From NCBI GenBank assembly GCA_047617745.1, contig JBLGBN010000003.1, positions 1 to 59,353 on the forward strand: 59,353 nucleotides of DNA, read 5' to 3'. The notes under the pieces were generated by a model. It ran no database searches and was not told where the DNA came from. It was given only the letters and a program-made list of their open reading frames with translations. Source of the stretch: Candidatus Nanohaloarchaea archaeon. Its GTDB lineage: Archaea > Nanohalarchaeota > Nanosalinia > Nanosalinales > Nanosalinaceae. Shown here piece after piece: positions 36,752 to 47,333 of the stretch (within the stretch, counting starts at the first letter, position 1; every line of letters starts with the position of its first letter). The position numbers and the translations under genes were made by a program.

Positions 36752-37681
36752 ATGACTGAAGAAGTTAGAGACATGATAGTTATCGGCGGTGCTTCTGCAG
36801 CTCAATCCGCTGCAATCTACGCAGTTAGAGCCGGAATGGACGTTCTTGTTATTGCAGACGAGTACGGCGGGCAGATAAACAATACTGATGTAGTCGAGAA
36901 CTGGCTCGGCACAAAATCAATCTCCGGACCAGACCTAGCGGAGAAGTTCACCGAACACATGAGAGAGTATGAAGTTGACGAGTATACAGGGGAGAAAGTA
37001 GTAGATGTAAGGAAAGAAAACGATACTTTTACTGTTGAAACAGAATCCGGTGAAGAGTTTCAATCTCACGCAGTAATAATTGCAACCGGAGGCTCCAGAA
37101 GAAGACTTAACGTTCCTGGCGAAGAAGAGTACCGGAACAAGGGCGTCGCATACTGTGCAGTGTGCGATGGCCCGCTTTATCAGGGAGAGGAGGTAGCAGT
37201 TGTAGGCGGAGGATACGCAGGGACAGAGGCAGCTGACTATCTATCTGATGTCGCAGAACAGGTCTATCTATTATCCAGATCAGGAGTACTGAAAGGCGAG
37301 GAAATAACTATCAACAAAGTAGAAAATGACGAAAATGTCGATGTAGTTAGAGAGGCTTCTGTTAGCGAGTTCCAGGGCGAACAATTGCTGGAATCAGTTG
37401 AGTACGACCAGAACGGCGAGAAGAAAGAACTAGATGTGCCTGGCGCCTTCATCGAGATCGGAACAGTTCCCAATTCGGATATTACCGATCTCGTGGAGAA
37501 AGATGACTCAGGGAAGATCAAGGTAGATAGAGAGATGAATACAGGTGTAGAAGGGCTTTACGCTGCTGGAGATGTAAACGACATGGGAGCACAGCAACTA
37601 GTTGTATCGGCAGGACAGGGCTGTGACGCAGCGCTTAACGCCTCCGAGTACGTTAAACAGAAGAAGTCTGAGGAAGAATAA
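36752..37681 (+). CDS. trxB: thioredoxin reductase
   Basis: GVAYCAVCDG, VVGGGYAG and GLYAAGD. Confidence 0.93.
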   Translation: MTEEVRDMIVIGGASAAQSAAIYAVRAGMDVLVIADEYGGQINNTDVVENWLGTKSISGPDLAEKFTEHMREYEVDEYTGEKVVDVRKENDTFTVETESGEEFQSHAVIIATGGSRRRLNVPGEEEYRNKGVAYCAVCDGPLYQGEEVAVVGGGYAGTEAADYLSDVAEQVYLLSRSGVLKGEEITINKVENDENVDVVREASVSEFQGEQLLESVEYDQNGEKKELDVPGAFIEIGTVPNSDITDLVEKDDSGKIKVDREMNTGVEGLYAAGDVNDMGAQQLVVSAGQGCDAALNASEYVKQKKSEEE

Positions 37682-38320
37682 TCAGCGGATAATACCTTCT
37701 TTCTCCAGTCTTTCCCTCACTATTTCGAAAATCCTTTCATGTCCATCGCTGTTAGGGTGAAGACCGTCCTCAAGCATTTCCTTTGCTTTACCAGGTTTAA
37801 ATTCATCCCTAATATCGATGTGAGATACGTTTTTCTTCTGACACACCTGTTTCTGTATCGACATGTAGTTCTCCAGTCTTTCATCACTGACCTTCTTTTC
37901 CGGAGCGTAAGGAATCTCTCCTTCGATCGAGATATAGAAATCGCTGATAACTAAAACTTCGTCAGCAAGATCTTCAGCAGTATCCAGCAACTCTCTTATA
38001 TTCCTGCGGTAATCATCCTCCGAAACCCTGATTTCCTGCTGCTCCTTCAGGAACTGTATATCGTTCGCCCCTATCTGCACAAGTATAACCTGATCGGATT
38101 CCTCCCATGCACGGGCCTCGAACTCCGCTTCAAATCTTTCAAGCAGATCTCCGCTGTCTTCCCCGGAAACACCAAGATTGTAGACATCTGAGACCAGCTC
38201 CTCGTCCTGCTCTTCAAGAGCTCGTTCGTCCAGATATTTTCTCAACCTCTGGATCCATCCTCCTTCCTTATCCCAGAAGCCGTAGGTCACAGAGTGCCCG
38301 AAACCGAAGACCTGAACCAT
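37682..38320 (-). CDS. SGNH/GDSL hydrolase
   Basis: FGHSVTYG, YNLGVSG, GAND and DGLHPN. Confidence 0.88.
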   Translation of the reverse strand: MVQVFGFGHSVTYGFWDKEGGWIQRLRKYLDERALEEQDEELVSDVYNLGVSGEDSGDLLERFEAEFEARAWEESDQVILVQIGANDIQFLKEQQEIRVSEDDYRRNIRELLDTAEDLADEVLVISDFYISIEGEIPYAPEKKVSDERLENYMSIQKQVCQKKNVSHIDIRDEFKPGKAKEMLEDGLHPNSDGHERIFEIVRERLEKEGIIR

Positions 38321-38353
38321 GGGAAAAAACTAGGTGATGGAAAAATTTAAGCT

Positions 38354-38788
38354 TCAGGTGAATACATCGGCGTTCTGGTAGTCCATCTCTAGCTCTCCTT
38401 GAACTGTTATCTTAAGAGGCTCTGTAATTATGTCGTAAGGATCTTCCGTGTCATAGTTTTCATCAAGAAATGATGCTCTCGGAGGAAGATCGGACCGGCT
38501 GTCAGAAGCCCCATACTCAACATTGAACTCTATGTAAACTCCTTCAGAGATCTCTCTAGCCATCCCACGCCAGTAAGATGTACCGAATTCATCTCTTGAC
38601 GAGTCTAGATCATCAAGCAGTCCTGCAACGTGAGAACCATTCCCTTCTGAACTTATACGGTCTCCGGGAACTTTTGAGGTTATATTGTATTCAAAAATTT
38701 CATCCCTGTTCCTCAGAAACCCTGCAATTTCAGCAGTTATACCACTTAACTGAGTGTAAGTTCTTGCTTTCTCGTCAATAGTCGACAT
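38354..38788 (-). CDS. hypothetical protein
   Basis: 144-aa acidic ORF. Confidence 0.6.
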   Translation of the reverse strand: MSTIDEKARTYTQLSGITAEIAGFLRNRDEIFEYNITSKVPGDRISSEGNGSHVAGLLDDLDSSRDEFGTSYWRGMAREISEGVYIEFNVEYGASDSRSDLPPRASFLDENYDTEDPYDIITEPLKITVQGELEMDYQNADVFT

Positions 38789-38825
38789 TCTACAGAAAAT
38801 ATTGAGGATAAACCTTCAAGTTTGT

Positions 38826-39149
38826 TTACTTGATAGACGGAAAATGCTCCAGTTCGATCTCAAGAATACCTCTTATTTCTACATCGAGTTCTTTACCGTC
38901 CTTTCCATACTGTTTCTCCATTTCCATGAAGTAACCTCCCGGCTCTTCCCGATACCCAAAACTCCATGTATCAGCAAATCCTTCCTCGTAGCTCTCCGAG
39001 ATTTCCTCCAGACATGTGTAAGCTGAGCCGGAGTTTAACTCCATAACTTCATTCCGATCACCGCTGAGATTGATCATTACATCTCCCTCAGCCAGACTGA
39101 GAATACTTCTCACAGTGTAGTCATCGATTTCCTGAGAGTCAGTCATCAA
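38826..39149 (-). CDS. hypothetical protein
   Basis: 107-aa acidic ORF. Confidence 0.6.
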   Translation of the reverse strand: MMTDSQEIDDYTVRSILSLAEGDVMINLSGDRNEVMELNSGSAYTCLEEISESYEEGFADTWSFGYREEPGGYFMEMEKQYGKDGKELDVEIRGILEIELEHFPSIK

Positions 39150-39219
39150 TTACCTAACAGCTCCGAAATCTTAAGTCGATTTGTTTCCTGTTTTAAGTAT
39201 TGGCTCTAATACTGTTTCC

Positions 39220-39474
39220 ATGACACAGGACACCAAAATGGCGAAATGCGTTTTCTGCGGAGAGAACGCAACCAAAAAGAACAGAGAAGGCCAACCTGTC
39301 TGCAGAGAGCACAAAGGAAAAGACCCCAAAGATGTCGCATGCCCGGAGTGCGGTATGCCGATGAAGATCAAAGAAGGCCGGTACGGCTTTTTCTGGGGAT
39401 GTGAAGGATATCCACAGTGCGACAAGACCTACCAGATAGAATCAGTTATCGACGAAGAATTCAAGGATGACTGA
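39220..39474 (+). CDS. stand-alone topoisomerase-type C4 zinc-ribbon protein
   Basis: CPECGMPMKIKEGRYGFFWGCEGYPQC plus an N-terminal CxxC...CxxH. Confidence 0.85.
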   Translation: MTQDTKMAKCVFCGENATKKNREGQPVCREHKGKDPKDVACPECGMPMKIKEGRYGFFWGCEGYPQCDKTYQIESVIDEEFKDD

Positions 39475-39508
39475 ACGAGAATCTTAGTTCCACCCTGTTA
39501 TATTCTAA

Positions 39509-40406
39509 TTAACTCACATTGATTCGGTATATTTGTCCGTCGGCTCCATCAGCTCCGTTTCCACCTTTATGGGCTCCTAGATCCAGGTCTTGTTCAGGTT
39601 TGGCGATGCCACCATTTCCTCCTGTTGCTGTTATTGTTCCGTTTTCGGCGAGGTTGGGTGTTAGTGTGTATACTAAGCCGCCTGCACCTCCACCGCCAGC
39701 ACCTCCACTCCCGCCGTTCGAGATGTATAGTCCGTTTGAGCCATTCCCTCCGTTTCCCTCTATTGCTCCCCCGCTACCGCCAGTATTCTCACTGACTGCT
39801 TCCAGCGTCCCGTTAATCGTTATTTTCTTCGTTGCATGAATTATAACGGTTCCAGTGGCTGTCATTGTCACTCCTTCTTCTATAGTATAATCCGTTGTAT
39901 GTAGAATTCCGTTTTCTGTTCCATTAGTGGTTCTGGTGATGCTTCCGTCGCTTCCGTCACCGTAGATCGGAGGTATACTGATTTCCAACCCATTCAGTTC
40001 CATTGTAGTAGTGGACTCCTCCTCCACCTGTATCAAAGAAAAGTGTTCCATCCTCTGGCGAACTAGGTTTCTCAGTTCCAGTAGAGAAGTGGCTGTCGTC
40101 TGTTAGATCGGCGTATAGACCCGATCCCTCTCCATCGTTACCGGCGTGCCAGGCTGTCTCATCGTTAATCGTTGTGCCCTGGAAAAGACTTGCGCCTGAT
40201 GTAAGAGATGAAAGAGCTAATCCTCCAGCCCCTAAACCTACATACTTTAGGAACTGTCGGCGGGAGCTCTTATCCCCTGTAACGGAACTGGGTGAAGAGT
40301 TATTATTTTCGATACTGTCTTTATCCTCAAGCCGGTCAATTCTATTCTTTAAACTCTGCAGTTCCTTCCTTAACTCATGTTCTTCCGGATCCTGCTCTTC
40401 TGCCAC
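39509..40406 (-). pseudogene. frameshifted Tat-motif, Gly-rich, tail-fibre-like surface protein
   Basis: ORFs 39957-40406 and 39509-40051 join as ...YYNGTEW/EISIPPIYGDGSDG... if one base near 39985-39992 is removed. Confidence 0.65.
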
Positions 40407-40526
40407 ATATGAATAACTAAACTGGGTGCGTTTAAAATTACTGGCGTACAGGGATTGCTAGTTACTGTATCCCGTCAATTTAACTACACAAAGTTCTGCA
40501 AAATAAAGTCTTAGGGAGCCAAAAAA

Positions 40527-41540
40527 TTAATTCACTTTCTCTTCTACCTGTTTTCTGATAGTTTCAGGAGTCGCCGTCTTATTGTTCTCAACGTACTGGA
40601 CAGCGCAGAGATTTCCAAGAGCCAGTGATTCTTCCCAGCTCCATCCGGCCGCTCTACCTGCTGAAACCCCTGCATCAAACCTGTCCCCTGCCCCTGTCCT
40701 GGTCTCCACATGATCAGTTACAAGGTTTTCTACCTCAACTACCCCTTCTTCAGTCCCTGCTACTGCTCTGTATTTATCGTGGAGGATGTAGGCGTCGATC
40801 CCGGTTGTCTCCTGTACCTGATTGATTTTTTGCGAAGTTTCGCCCTCTATCCCATATATTTCAGCGGTTCTCTTGACTTCGTCGCTGTTTGCGTGGACCT
40901 GAACCTCAGATCTCTCCGATATTTTTTCCAATGCGGTGAACATCTCCTTTATCCTGTCTGATTCAATGTCTGTCAGGTTACCCGGATCGAAACTGAAGAC
41001 CTCAGCCTCGATCTTTTCCTCGGCTATTTTCTCCAGTTCTGAGGTCATATGATGTATCGAGGTCCAGTTAGCGCAGCATATAACGTCTGCTGACAGAACT
41101 TCTTCCAACTTATTGAACTTCTTCAGATCTTCAAGCTTCCATTCAGTAAGCTCTGGAGTTTCCTCCGATAGAAGCAAGGATCCGTTCTCGAACTCGGCTA
41201 TCGTCACGTCAGCAGGGGTGCCCATAGAATAAGTTTGGAAACCTGTATGATTGAAGATAGAGTTATTGAGGTATCCATAGTGCGCGGTTTCCAGGCCGAG
41301 GGAGTCACACTGTAAAGACATGTTGAATGATTTTCCGCCGGGCTCTCTCCTTTCAGGGGTTACACGGAAAGAGGCAGACGAGTTTTCCTCTATCTTTTTC
41401 GCAACCTCATGTCTGTCGGTTATTCTGCCGCTCTTGCCTTTCATCATCTGGACATAAGTATCTACACTGCCATCCGGGAACCCTACAGCGGTTAACTGCT
41501 CCAGTTCACCTAGCTTCTCAACAATCTCATTGTATACCAT
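40527..41540 (-). CDS. PfkB family carbohydrate kinase
   Basis: TRTGAGDRFDAG C-terminal signature. Confidence 0.8.
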   Translation of the reverse strand: MVYNEIVEKLGELEQLTAVGFPDGSVDTYVQMMKGKSGRITDRHEVAKKIEENSSASFRVTPERREPGGKSFNMSLQCDSLGLETAHYGYLNNSIFNHTGFQTYSMGTPADVTIAEFENGSLLLSEETPELTEWKLEDLKKFNKLEEVLSADVICCANWTSIHHMTSELEKIAEEKIEAEVFSFDPGNLTDIESDRIKEMFTALEKISERSEVQVHANSDEVKRTAEIYGIEGETSQKINQVQETTGIDAYILHDKYRAVAGTEEGVVEVENLVTDHVETRTGAGDRFDAGVSAGRAAGWSWEESLALGNLCAVQYVENNKTATPETIRKQVEEKVN

Positions 41541-41545
41541 GCTGT

Positions 41546-42310
41546 CTACCTGAGGTCAGGATATGGCGGGGTCCTTCGCTTGTGTTCTGTTCTGCGGTTC
41601 ATGTCTCTGAACTTCTCCACTTTATCCCAAGGTATTTCAGTGTTTTCAGCTATCTCCGCGGCAGACTGTTCTTTTTCAATCAGTCTTTTCAGGATTTTAT
41701 CGATTGTTTCGTATGAAGCGCCTAGTTCTCCTTCATCAGTCTGTCCTTCCCATAGCCCGGCGGTCGGCTTTTTCTCTATAAATTTCTTGTCCAAACCGAT
41801 GTGTCTGGCGAGTTCACGTACCTCTGTCTTGTAAAGATCCCCTATCGGCACAAGGTCTACTGCACTGTCACCATACTTGGTGAAGTAACCAATCTTTGCC
41901 TCGGTCTTATTCCCCCCGCCAAGCACCATGAGGTTATTTTGGTTAGCATCCATATACTCGTAGACCATCCGTACACGGGCTCTAACGTTGCCCTCCGTAA
42001 GTTTATCCGTTTCGAATGGTGCTTTTTTGTTAAAGCTCTGGACTGTATCCTCTATGTTAACATCTCTAAGGGTTATGCCAAGGTTATCCGCCAGCTCTCT
42101 CGCATCCGCCATATTCTCCTGATCACTGGGTTCACCAGGCATTACCCAGCCATGCACATTTTCAGGCCCCACAGCTTCTGTAGCAAGGGTTGCAACCACG
42201 GCCGAGTCTAGACCTCCGCTAATACCTGTGACAAAACCCTCTGCGCCGGCTTCCTCTAGTTTCTGGTTTAGAAAACTACCTATTTTTTCCACAACTTTGT
42301 TGTAATCCAT
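41546..42310 (-). CDS. nadE: NH3-dependent NAD+ synthetase
   Basis: GISGGLDS, NVRARVRM, GYFTKYGD and PTAGLWEGQTDE. Confidence 0.95.
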   Translation of the reverse strand: MDYNKVVEKIGSFLNQKLEEAGAEGFVTGISGGLDSAVVATLATEAVGPENVHGWVMPGEPSDQENMADARELADNLGITLRDVNIEDTVQSFNKKAPFETDKLTEGNVRARVRMVYEYMDANQNNLMVLGGGNKTEAKIGYFTKYGDSAVDLVPIGDLYKTEVRELARHIGLDKKFIEKKPTAGLWEGQTDEGELGASYETIDKILKRLIEKEQSAAEIAENTEIPWDKVEKFRDMNRRTEHKRRTPPYPDLR

Positions 42311-42315
42311 CTTTC

Positions 42316-42825
42316 TTACCCTGTTTCAGATATTATGTGCTTGTACTGTCTGATTTTGTCGACGTTGCAATCCGGCGTGATTTCTTTCCAGTTTTCATCC
42401 CCCGCTCTTATCCTTTTTCTCAGCTCTGTACCGCTGCATTCGTCCGGTCGGAAAAGCTCCTGCGCCTCTACCTCGGCATCGGTATATTCTCGTACTAATC
42501 TCTGAACCAGATTATTTCTGGTTATAACTACATCCGGTTCGGTCTTCTCTTCCAGTCTTTCAGCCCAGACCGGATAGCCTTCTTCACCTCGGTCTTCATC
42601 CTCAAGCGGCGTTATTTCTACCTCTGGATGGCAGCTCCGGATAATTTCTTTTCTCTCCTCAAACGTTAAGGGATTTTCCTCTGTACGGGACTTGCTGGAG
42701 CTCCCAACCACCAATTCAAAGATGCTGTACTTCTCCTCGTATTTTTCCACGGTTGTATGGTGGCCGAGATGGAAAGGCTGGAAACGCCCCAGGAAAACTG
42801 CTTTCGCCTGTCTCACACCAACCAT
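42316..42825 (-). CDS. nadM: nicotinamide-nucleotide adenylyltransferase
   Basis: GRFQPFHLGH, ENPLTFEER and SGTELR. Confidence 0.9.
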   Translation of the reverse strand: MVGVRQAKAVFLGRFQPFHLGHHTTVEKYEEKYSIFELVVGSSSKSRTEENPLTFEERKEIIRSCHPEVEITPLEDEDRGEEGYPVWAERLEEKTEPDVVITRNNLVQRLVREYTDAEVEAQELFRPDECSGTELRKRIRAGDENWKEITPDCNVDKIRQYKHIISETG

Positions 42826-42915
42826 TTTGACTTCATGCCGCTTAAAGTCTTTTCAGCGAGATTTTTAACATTCGAGCTGTAAATAAATGATATAGACGGA
42901 GGTTCTAGATACTCT

Positions 42916-43338
42916 ATGTACGAAAAAATACTGTTGCCTACGGACGGAAGCGATGAGTCTATGCAAGCTGTAAATCATGCAGAAGAGCTGGCCGATAAGT
43001 TTGGTGCCGAGGTGCATATTCTTCACGTTGCAGACATCAGCAAAGAAGCAGGTGAACCCCGGATACCAAGTCAGGTAGAGGCTATGAGGGACGTAGGAGA
43101 GGAAATGGTCAACGAAGTTGAAGAAAAATTCAGCGAGGAAGTGAAGACGACGACAGAAGTCAAGGTAGGAATACCTCACAAAGAGATTAACTCCTATGTT
43201 GAGGAAAAAGATATTGACCTGATCACAATGGGGAGTCACGGCCGGTCCGGGCTTAACCGGATGCTGCTTGGAAGCGTGACTGAGAAAGTTCTCCGGACCT
43301 GTTCGGTGCCGGTTCTAACCATACAGAGTGAAGAGTAA
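42916..43338 (+). CDS. universal stress protein
   Basis: ILLPTDGS and MGSHGRSGLNRMLLGSVTEKV. Confidence 0.95.
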   Translation: MYEKILLPTDGSDESMQAVNHAEELADKFGAEVHILHVADISKEAGEPRIPSQVEAMRDVGEEMVNEVEEKFSEEVKTTTEVKVGIPHKEINSYVEEKDIDLITMGSHGRSGLNRMLLGSVTEKVLRTCSVPVLTIQSEE

Positions 43339-45023
43339 TGAAAAACAAAGAGGTAGCTGACATACTCTACGAAATCGCAGACTACCTTGAGATGCAGGAC
43401 GTAGAGTGGAAACCACGCGCATACCGTAGAGCAGCAAGAAATATTGAATCTCTCTCAGAAGATATTGAAGAAATACATGATAGGGGAGAGCTGGAGGGAA
43501 TCAACGGCGTCGGGGAGAACATAGCAGATAAGATAGCCGAGTTCCTTGAGACCGGAGAAATGAAGTACTACCAGGAGTTGAAAGAGGATCTACCTGTGGA
43601 AATCGAGGCTCTCACCGCTGTCGAAGGTTTAGGACCCAAAAGCGTGAAGAAAATATATCAGGCGATAGGGGTAACCGACCTCGACGAACTTGAGGAAGCC
43701 GCTGAACAGGGGGAAATCGCCGGGATAGAAGGCTTCGGGGAGAAAACACAGGAGAACATACTGAAACATATTGAGACAGCCAGAAAAGGCGAGGAACGGA
43801 TGCTTATAGGGAAGGCTTTTCCTATAGCAGAAGATCTGCGGGAAAACCTGGAAAACTCAGAACTCTTCGGGCGTGTAACAACCGTCGGCTCCTTCAGACG
43901 TAGAAGACCTACAGTCGGGGATATAGATATTCTTGCAACCTCCGATAGACCTGAGGAAGCGATGGAACAGTTTACCTCCGGATCGGATGTCAAAGAGGTT
44001 CTAGGTGAAGGTGAAACCAAGTCGTCGGTAATAATTTCCGGCGATCTACAGGTTGACCTGAGAATAGTCGATGAGGAAAGCTACGGAGCAGCGCTCCAGT
44101 ACTTCACAGGGTCAAAAGACCACAACGTAACCCTGAGAACAATCGCAGTGAAGAAAGACTGGAAACTGAACGAATATGGTCTGTTCGACTCTAAAGACAA
44201 CAAAATTGCGGGAAGAACCGAGGAATCAATATACTCAAAGCTCCAGATGGACTACATCGAACCAGAACTCAGAGAGGATACTGGGGAAGTAGAAGCAGCC
44301 GAGAAGGGAGAGCTACCTGATCTGGTAGAGAAAGAAGATATACGCGGCGACCTCCAGATGCACACAACCCACAGCGACGGCAGGAACAGTATAAGAGAAA
44401 TGGCGGAGAAAGCCGAGGAAATAGGTCACGAATACATACTGATAACCGACCATGGAGAATCTCTCAGGATAGCCAACGGCGTAGACGAGGAAGAACTCGA
44501 CGAACAGAGGCAGAAAATCAACGAGCTCAATGAAGAGTTCGATGTAGAGATTCTACTGGGGGTTGAGGCTAATATCACGGAAGACGGGCTGGACATACCC
44601 GATAAGAAGCTGGAAGGACTTGATATCGTTGTAGCCGCTTTACACGACAAAGTTGAAAATCCAACTGAGAGAATAATTGATACTCTGGAAAACCATCCTG
44701 TGGATATACTGGCTCATCCGCTCAACCGGAAGATAAATAGCCGGGAGCCCCTGGAACTGGACCTTGATAAAGTAGCAGAGGTAGCATCACAGCAGAATGT
44801 GGCACTGGAGATAAACTCACAGCCGGCAAGACTGGACCTGCCCTGGCAGGATGTCAAGGAGTATCGGGACAGGATAAAATATGTGATCTCAACTGACGCG
44901 CACTCGCCTTCGGAGATGAATTACATGCATCTCGGGGTTTCGCAGGCCCGAAGAGGCTGGTGCGAAAAAGAAAACATCCTCAACACACGTTCACTTGACA
45001 AACTGAGGTCGTACTTCGAATGA
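43338..45023 (+). CDS. polX: DNA polymerase X with PHP domain
   Basis: GSFRR...GDIDIL, YFTGSKDHN, MHT..SDG, TDH and STDAH. Confidence 0.95.
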   Translation: MKNKEVADILYEIADYLEMQDVEWKPRAYRRAARNIESLSEDIEEIHDRGELEGINGVGENIADKIAEFLETGEMKYYQELKEDLPVEIEALTAVEGLGPKSVKKIYQAIGVTDLDELEEAAEQGEIAGIEGFGEKTQENILKHIETARKGEERMLIGKAFPIAEDLRENLENSELFGRVTTVGSFRRRRPTVGDIDILATSDRPEEAMEQFTSGSDVKEVLGEGETKSSVIISGDLQVDLRIVDEESYGAALQYFTGSKDHNVTLRTIAVKKDWKLNEYGLFDSKDNKIAGRTEESIYSKLQMDYIEPELREDTGEVEAAEKGELPDLVEKEDIRGDLQMHTTHSDGRNSIREMAEKAEEIGHEYILITDHGESLRIANGVDEEELDEQRQKINELNEEFDVEILLGVEANITEDGLDIPDKKLEGLDIVVAALHDKVENPTERIIDTLENHPVDILAHPLNRKINSREPLELDLDKVAEVASQQNVALEINSQPARLDLPWQDVKEYRDRIKYVISTDAHSPSEMNYMHLGVSQARRGWCEKENILNTRSLDKLRSYFE

Positions 45024-47056
45024 AGGAACCGCAGGGTAACCAGTATGTTCGGGAACCAGAACTGGATTTCAAAGATCCGGAAGAGCTTTCAGAAAAGGAA
45101 GCTGAGGAACAGGTGGAACTCCTCAGAGAGGCAGTGGAGTACCACGATTACCGTTACTATGTGGAGAATGATCCGGTTATATCGGATAGAGCATACGACA
45201 TACTGTTTGACAGACTGCAGAAACTGGAGCAAGAGTATAATCTGCAGACTGAGAACTCGCCAACACAGAGAGTTGGGGGAGAGACGCTAGATGAGCTGGA
45301 AACCCGGGAACACCGGAAAGAAATGCTGAGTCTGGACGCCTCCGAAGAAGAGGAAGAGGTCAGAGATTTTGATGAAAGGGTCAGGCGGAAAGCCGGGGAA
45401 GTCAATTACCACATTGAACCAAAGTTTGACGGGCTGTCTGTAGAGTTTGTTTACGAAAACGGTGAACTTGAAGCCGCAGTGACAAGAGGAAACGGAAGAG
45501 AGGGCGATGATATAACCGCGAACGTACAGACTATAGGTTCGGTGCCGCTAAAACTTCATGGTGCTCCGGACACGCTGGTTTTGCGCGGAGAGATCTACAT
45601 GCCGCGCAACGGTTTCCAGCAGCTGAACAAAGAAAGAGTGGAAAGAGGCGAGGAACCTTTTGCCAACCCGAGGAATGCTGCGGCAGGAACAGTCAGGCAA
45701 CTGGATCCTTCTGTAGTCGCAGACAGACCGCTGGACGTCTTCTTCTACGATATAATGGCGAGTTCAAAAGAAGATCTGGAGACCCAAAAGGAAGCGATGG
45801 ATTTAATGGAGGAAGTAGGGCTCAAGGTCAACGAGTACAACCGGGTCGTCGAGGATATAGACGGATTTATCGAGTACAGAGATCGGTTGCTTGAGAAGAG
45901 AGATGACCTGAATTATGATATTGACGGGGTTGTGGCGAAGGTGAACAGGTTTGAGAAAAGAGAGATACTGGGGAAGACTGCAGCCCATCCTCGCTGGGCG
46001 TTCGCCTACAAGTTCCCGGCGAAGACCGGAACGACGACAGTCAGGGATATCGCCGTACAGGTAGGGAGAACCGGTAAATTAACACCGGTAGCCCTGCTGG
46101 AGCCGGTCGACGTTAAAGGTGTGACAATATCCCGAGCCTCCCTGCATAATGAGAAGCAGGCGCAGAAACTGGGAATATCCAGAGGAGCGAAGGTAGAGGT
46201 TGAGAGAGCCGGGGATGTGATCCCGCAGGTGAAGGAAGTTAAGGAAGAGGGTGAGGAAGTGTTCAAAATGCCTGAAAAATGCCCTGTATGCGGTTCAGAT
46301 GTCATCGGCGAGAAAGAACACCACTTCTGTACAGGCGGTGTTTCATGCCCTGCACAGCTTAAACGGAAACTGGAGTACTTCGCCTCCGAAGAAGCCATGG
46401 ATATCGAAGGATTAGGTGAAAAAGTCGCAGAGCAACTAGTAGACGAGAATATTATCAACAAGATACCTGAACTTTACTCTCTGGAGAGAGAAGATCTGCT
46501 CCAGCTGGAAAAATTCGCTGACAAATCAGCCGGGAACCTACTTGAAGAGATTGAGAAATCGAAAGAAGTAGACCTAGCCAGCTTCCTGACCGCTCTAGGG
46601 ATAAGACACGTCGGTAAGGAAACTGCTAGAGATCTGGCCGGAGAGTTTACGCTACAGGAACTTATGGAGGCAGATAGAGAAAAGCTGGAGCAAATGGAAG
46701 ATATAGGTCCAGAAGTCTCGAAAAATATTACCCGGTTCTTCGAGGGAAGAGGGAGGGAGCTTGTCGAAAAACTTCTGGAGGTCGGTGTCCAGCCGGAAAG
46801 AGAGGAAACAGGTGAAGAGCTTGAGGGCCTGAAACTGGTTATAACCGGCAATATAGAGGGATATACACGTGAAGAACTGATTGATTTGCTGGAGAGGTAC
46901 GGTGCGGATGTAACTTCCTCAGTCAGCTCGGAAACAGGTTACCTCGTAGTCGGAGAAAACCCGGGAACCATGAAGATAGAGGACGCTGAGAAAGAAGGAG
47001 TCGAGAAGCTGGACGAGGACAGTTTCAGGGAAAAACTGCTGTCAGAGATTGAATAA
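45020..47056 (+). CDS. ligA: NAD-dependent DNA ligase
   Basis: EPKFDG, TRGNG..G, ANPRNAAAG, AYKF, VGRTG, C4 zinc finger and BRCT. Confidence 0.96.
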   Translation: MKEPQGNQYVREPELDFKDPEELSEKEAEEQVELLREAVEYHDYRYYVENDPVISDRAYDILFDRLQKLEQEYNLQTENSPTQRVGGETLDELETREHRKEMLSLDASEEEEEVRDFDERVRRKAGEVNYHIEPKFDGLSVEFVYENGELEAAVTRGNGREGDDITANVQTIGSVPLKLHGAPDTLVLRGEIYMPRNGFQQLNKERVERGEEPFANPRNAAAGTVRQLDPSVVADRPLDVFFYDIMASSKEDLETQKEAMDLMEEVGLKVNEYNRVVEDIDGFIEYRDRLLEKRDDLNYDIDGVVAKVNRFEKREILGKTAAHPRWAFAYKFPAKTGTTTVRDIAVQVGRTGKLTPVALLEPVDVKGVTISRASLHNEKQAQKLGISRGAKVEVERAGDVIPQVKEVKEEGEEVFKMPEKCPVCGSDVIGEKEHHFCTGGVSCPAQLKRKLEYFASEEAMDIEGLGEKVAEQLVDENIINKIPELYSLEREDLLQLEKFADKSAGNLLEEIEKSKEVDLASFLTALGIRHVGKETARDLAGEFTLQELMEADREKLEQMEDIGPEVSKNITRFFEGRGRELVEKLLEVGVQPEREETGEELEGLKLVITGNIEGYTREELIDLLERYGADVTSSVSSETGYLVVGENPGTMKIEDAEKEGVEKLDEDSFREKLLSEIE

Positions 47057-47099
47057 CTCAAATCTTATTTAAGAATCTGGATGTCCTCTTGATTCAAGG

Positions 47100-47174
47100 G
47101 GGCCCGTAGCTCAGCTTGGACAGAGCGAGCGGCTTCGGACCGCTAGGTCTAGGGTTCAAATCCCTACGGGCTCG
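47100..47174 (+). tRNA. tRNA-Arg(TCG)
   Basis: Acceptor GGGCCCG/CGGGCTC; anticodon arm AGCGG-CTTCGGA-CCGCT; T-loop TTCAAAT. Confidence 0.95.
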
Positions 47175-47333
47175 TCTTATTTAGTGTTACAAGGTAATAT
47201 CCAGTTCTCAAGAACTGTGGTTTGTTTTATAAAGATGAACAGTGCAATCCCATGTGTGTAAATGCAGAGGGTGAAGCGGTTAAGAGATTTCTTCATCCAC
47301 CGCCTTAGAAGGGCACTCAAACGGGTGAACAAA

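Noticed and set aside
39509..40406. Provirus
   Set aside because: Isolated gene with no capsid, terminase, portal or integrase in the vicinity.
47262..47333. N-terminal extension of the AAA ATPase (likewise the extensions of gatB, GGR and the CBS protein)
   Set aside because: Non-homologous leader sequences; downstream ATGs with SD or family-consistent starts fit better.
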